Translations under genes and position numbers: made by a program | The notes under the pieces: model-generated | Database searches by the model: none | Told to the model about the DNA's origin: nothing | What the model saw: only the letters and a program-made list of their open reading frames with translations | Shown: positions 28,745-32,000 of the stretch, one piece after another | Numbering within the stretch: the stretch's first letter is position 1 | Layout: each line of letters starts with the position of its first letter | DNA from: Methanocaldococcus jannaschii DSM 2661 | GTDB lineage: Archaea; AGJL01; Methanococci; Methanococcales; Methanocaldococcaceae | NCBI RefSeq assembly: GCF_000091665.1 | Contig: NC_000909.1 | Span: 1,464,118-1,496,117 of the forward strand | DNA length: 32,000 nt | Direction: 5' to 3'

Positions 28745-29856
28745 TCTTTGGTTCAAAACCTCGTGAAGACGAAATCGACAGTGTAGATAGATACATGACA
28801 AAACTATTCCTTCGCATAATTTTCATTCCAGATTACACTAACAAAATACATGATTTGAGTGAAAATGTTTCTAAAAATATTAAAAATCTTATCATGGAAT
28901 TAAAAAGTGGAAATATATTTGAAATTAACAAAATTCTGGATGATTTAGAATATAATATTTACACAATTGATGATGAGTCTTTAACAATCAAAGAGAGAGT
29001 TTATAATGCAGTTGAGATAATATTTAAGGTAGTATCTAACGAAATACTAAGAACGGAAAGCATAGATGACAAAGAATTAGAAATTATTAAAAAACTGCAT
29101 GAATTAGTGGTGTTAACTGATAAAGTCCTTAGAATTACTTACAATTCACTTAATAGAAGTTTAGAAGATATTAATAGCTATAGAAGGATTATAGCTAATA
29201 ACAATCTTCCAGATGACATTATTCGTAGGTTAAACATAATAAACGCCTACATTGAGAAAATTAAGAGTGATATATTAAGTATGAGAGAAAATGAGCAAAG
29301 AGTATTGATTATTTGCCTATCAAAGTTTTATAATTTATATTTATCAAAAGATAAAAAAGAAAGAGAAAAATTGGCAGATGAAATTAAAAATTTAATAGAA
29401 TATCTATATTTTGATTGGTATTATGACTTTATTGATAACATTGGAGAATATGAGTTTAAGTTTATAAAAAATATAGCCGCTATGTGTTTGCTATATGATT
29501 ATACAAAAGAATTGGAGAAAGATGGTAGTAAAGAGATGTTTAACCATGTAATTTTCAAAATTTTGAGAAATGGAGGTTTTAAAGTTAAAGAGTATGATAT
29601 TATTGAGACATTGTTGAATATTAGGGAAAATTTACCTAAATCATCTAAGATAGATGTTAGATACTTTGATAAGGAGTTAATAAAGATTATTAGAGGAATT
29701 GTTAGAGAATCAAAAAAGGATGTGTTTTATAATAATATGAAGAGGTTGAAGGAGTTTGTTGAAGAGCTAAGAGAGATGGAAAAGAAATTAAGTGAGGCTA
29801 ATAATATAACTCTACATGATTTGAGGAAATTGGGGTTTAATGATATGTTTCTTTGA
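28732..29856 (+). CDS. Hypothetical all-helical protein (up to 374 aa), no recognisable motif
   Basis: Long ORF. The track start is TTG at 28732, and the first in-frame ATG is at about 28795 (MTKLFL). The frame is already open from 28555. Confidence 0.55.
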   Translation: MLSIIFGSKPREDEIDSVDRYMTKLFLRIIFIPDYTNKIHDLSENVSKNIKNLIMELKSGNIFEINKILDDLEYNIYTIDDESLTIKERVYNAVEIIFKVVSNEILRTESIDDKELEIIKKLHELVVLTDKVLRITYNSLNRSLEDINSYRRIIANNNLPDDIIRRLNIINAYIEKIKSDILSMRENEQRVLIICLSKFYNLYLSKDKKEREKLADEIKNLIEYLYFDWYYDFIDNIGEYEFKFIKNIAAMCLLYDYTKELEKDGSKEMFNHVIFKILRNGGFKVKEYDIIETLLNIRENLPKSSKIDVRYFDKELIKIIRGIVRESKKDVFYNNMKRLKEFVEELREMEKKLSEANNITLHDLRKLGFNDMFL

Positions 29857-29971
29857 TAATTATTAGGTTTGTTTATATAGATAATAAGATTGTAAAATAC
29901 TTTAATAAATAAAAGTTAAAAAATATAAATATTACTTCTACTTAATATTAAAATAAAGCTGAGGTGGTATC

Positions 29972-32000
29972 ATGAGAAATTTAATATCTTTGATAGCGTG
30001 GCATGATTCTGGATGGAATGGTAGAGTTTGTAGAAATCCAAAAGAAAATAAATATTGTGAGAGCTTTGGATATGTGATAAGAAAGAGAAAGTATGAATTT
30101 TGTGTAAATAATCCAGATGCTAATTTAGGAAATTCAAGAGAAAGAGCATGTAGTGAAGCAATAGTATTTTGTAAAGGGAAAGTACAGGAGCATAACATAA
30201 GATTTCCAGCAATATTTTATGTTGATAGAAAAAACAGAAATGAACATGAAATAAAAATGATAAAAAAAGAAATTGAAGAACAATTAAGAATGATTAACGG
30301 AAAATACGCAATACTTTATGTTAGAGAAAATCCTTTATCTGAAAATAGAGTAATAGTCGGATGTGTTAAAATAAAGGAAATAATAGATGGTAGCAAGGAT
30401 TACATTAGAAAAAAACAGAGTCCTAATAGAGTAGGAAGAGGCATTGTTTTTGATGTAGAGAATGATGTAATATTTGCTTTACCTTATCAAGAACTCTTAG
30501 AATACTGCAAAAATAAAAATAAAGAAATTGAAGAAATTCTAAAAGAATTTAATTTAATTTTTGAAGTTGGGGACTTTGAAAGATACTTTAAAGGCATGTC
30601 TAACTTTATATCCGATGAGGTGGCAGTCCAAATTCTTAAAAAAGGGCTTGAAATTGTTGAGGAATTCAATAAATTTAGAGAAGAAAATCAGGACTTTGAT
30701 AAATACTTAACTGATGAGAATATAGCATTTAGACCTCATGTTATGAAAAAGTTTGATGAATTCGCTGAAAATATAAAAAAGGTTATTGCAGAACTTGAAG
30801 GTAGTAAATATAAATATCCTGGACTTCCTGGAGTTCTTTATTTCTTAGGAATGGAAGATGCTTACTCAAGATATATTGAACTTTGGAAAAATGAAGGAGA
30901 AAAAGGAGAAGAGAAACTTTATAATGCATTAATTGAAAGTTTAGAAAATAGAAAAGAAAATTTAGAGTTTGGAATTACAAAAAAGGTTATAGACAAATTT
31001 ATAGCACAGAAGGAAGAGTTTAGAGAGTTTTTAAAAAATTATGCTGTTTATTATGAGTTATCTGCATTTAAACTTGAAAAAATTAAGGAACAATATGAAA
31101 AAGAATTTATTAATTTAGATAACATAATAAAAAATCCATACATTTTGGTTGAGGATTTAAAAGAAAATGATAGTTTTGAAAGGATAATATTTGAAGAGCT
31201 TGACTCATGGGAAAGAAGAAGATTGGGGGATAAATTTAATCCTTACAGTCCATATAGAGTTAGAGCTTTATTGGTTGAAATTCTAAAAAGGCATTTAAGT
31301 TCAGGAAACACTACAATTTCAACAAAAGACCTTAAAGATTTCTTTGAAAAAATGGATAAAGACATTGTAAAGATAACTTTTGATGAATTTTTAAGGATAA
31401 TTGAGGAATATAAAGACATAATATCTGAAAAAGTTGAAATAGTCAAAAAAGAAGTTAAAAATAATGAAAATAAAGAAATTATTGAATTATTTACCCTAAA
31501 AGAAATTAGAGAATATGAGGAGATAATTGAAAATACCATAAATTATCTCTTAAAGTCGAAAGCTCCAAATATTGATTTGAATCCATTAGAAATTAGAGAA
31601 AAATTAAGAATAAAAAACGAAAATAAAAAACCAGCGGGAGTTGATAATGAAGAATATGAAAAAGCTTTAGATATGCAAACTGAGGCAGTTGTAAATCTAC
31701 TTAAAAATAGAGTTGGAATATTAACAGGACCAGCAGGCACTGGAAAAACAACGGTCATAAAAACAATTATGGAATTAATGAAGGAAGTGCTTGGATTAAA
31801 TAAAATCTACATATTAACACCAACTGGAAAGTCAGCAATGGTCGTTAATGAAAAATTAAATAATTTAGCAACTGCAAAAACAATACATAGATATATTGCA
31901 GAGGAATTTAAAGATTATTTTGAGGGAGATAATTATTTCATCCTTAGATTGGATAAAATAACTGGTAATGACAAGAAAGAAATTGATGCTTTAATTATAG
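29972..32000 (+). CDS. Large multidomain protein, partial (runs off the window): Trp/Cys-rich N-terminal module + long helical region + RecD-like SF1 helicase core
   Basis: Not in the ORF track. I translated 676 codons from the ATG at 29972 (GAGGTGG SD 4 nt upstream) to 32000 without a stop. Helicase motif I GPAGTGKTT (nt 31727-31753, residues 586-594), motif Ia LTPTGKSA, and then AKTIHRYI. The N-terminus is AWHDSGWNGRVC with Cys at residues 20, 29, 44, 60 and 67. Confidence 0.85.
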   Translation, partial: MRNLISLIAWHDSGWNGRVCRNPKENKYCESFGYVIRKRKYEFCVNNPDANLGNSRERACSEAIVFCKGKVQEHNIRFPAIFYVDRKNRNEHEIKMIKKEIEEQLRMINGKYAILYVRENPLSENRVIVGCVKIKEIIDGSKDYIRKKQSPNRVGRGIVFDVENDVIFALPYQELLEYCKNKNKEIEEILKEFNLIFEVGDFERYFKGMSNFISDEVAVQILKKGLEIVEEFNKFREENQDFDKYLTDENIAFRPHVMKKFDEFAENIKKVIAELEGSKYKYPGLPGVLYFLGMEDAYSRYIELWKNEGEKGEEKLYNALIESLENRKENLEFGITKKVIDKFIAQKEEFREFLKNYAVYYELSAFKLEKIKEQYEKEFINLDNIIKNPYILVEDLKENDSFERIIFEELDSWERRRLGDKFNPYSPYRVRALLVEILKRHLSSGNTTISTKDLKDFFEKMDKDIVKITFDEFLRIIEEYKDIISEKVEIVKKEVKNNENKEIIELFTLKEIREYEEIIENTINYLLKSKAPNIDLNPLEIREKLRIKNENKKPAGVDNEEYEKALDMQTEAVVNLLKNRVGILTGPAGTGKTTVIKTIMELMKEVLGLNKIYILTPTGKSAMVVNEKLNNLATAKTIHRYIAEEFKDYFEGDNYFILRLDKITGNDKKEIDALII

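Overview
AT-rich archaeal chromosome, about 90% coding. It is probably a hyperthermophilic methanogen. Evidence: a reverse gyrase, an F420-dependent NADP reductase, purine-rich SD-like sites, TTTATATA-type TATA boxes and oligo-T tails. From memory the gene order resembles Methanocaldococcus jannaschii MJ1490-MJ1519, but I cannot verify that here. Housekeeping genes identified by motifs: pyrC, an AAA+ ATPase, a ClpP-fold membrane protease, an M20 peptidase, fno, rnz, wecB, hef, a MacB-type ABC transporter, taw3, and an intein-containing reverse gyrase. Accessory content: (1) a type II R-M pair (SPPY beta-class methyltransferase plus PD-ExK nuclease) with an uncharacterised wHTH/Cys gene between them. 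(2) Two same-orientation copies of a 95-bp element with perfect 16-bp terminal inverted repeats and a central hairpin whose sequence differs but whose pairing is kept. (3) An orphan Csa3/CARF-like regulator. (4) A gamma-glutamylcyclotransferase plus class II amidotransferase-wHTH pair. (5) The best candidate for a novel system: a co-directional cluster at 27.0-32.0 kb encoding three small membrane proteins, two unknown soluble proteins, and a very large open-ended ORF missing from the ORF track. That ORF starts at 29972 and runs off the window. It has a Trp/Cys-rich N-terminal module and a RecD-like SF1 helicase core. I saw no rRNA, tRNA or CRISPR array. Most short antisense ORFs in the track are shadow ORFs.
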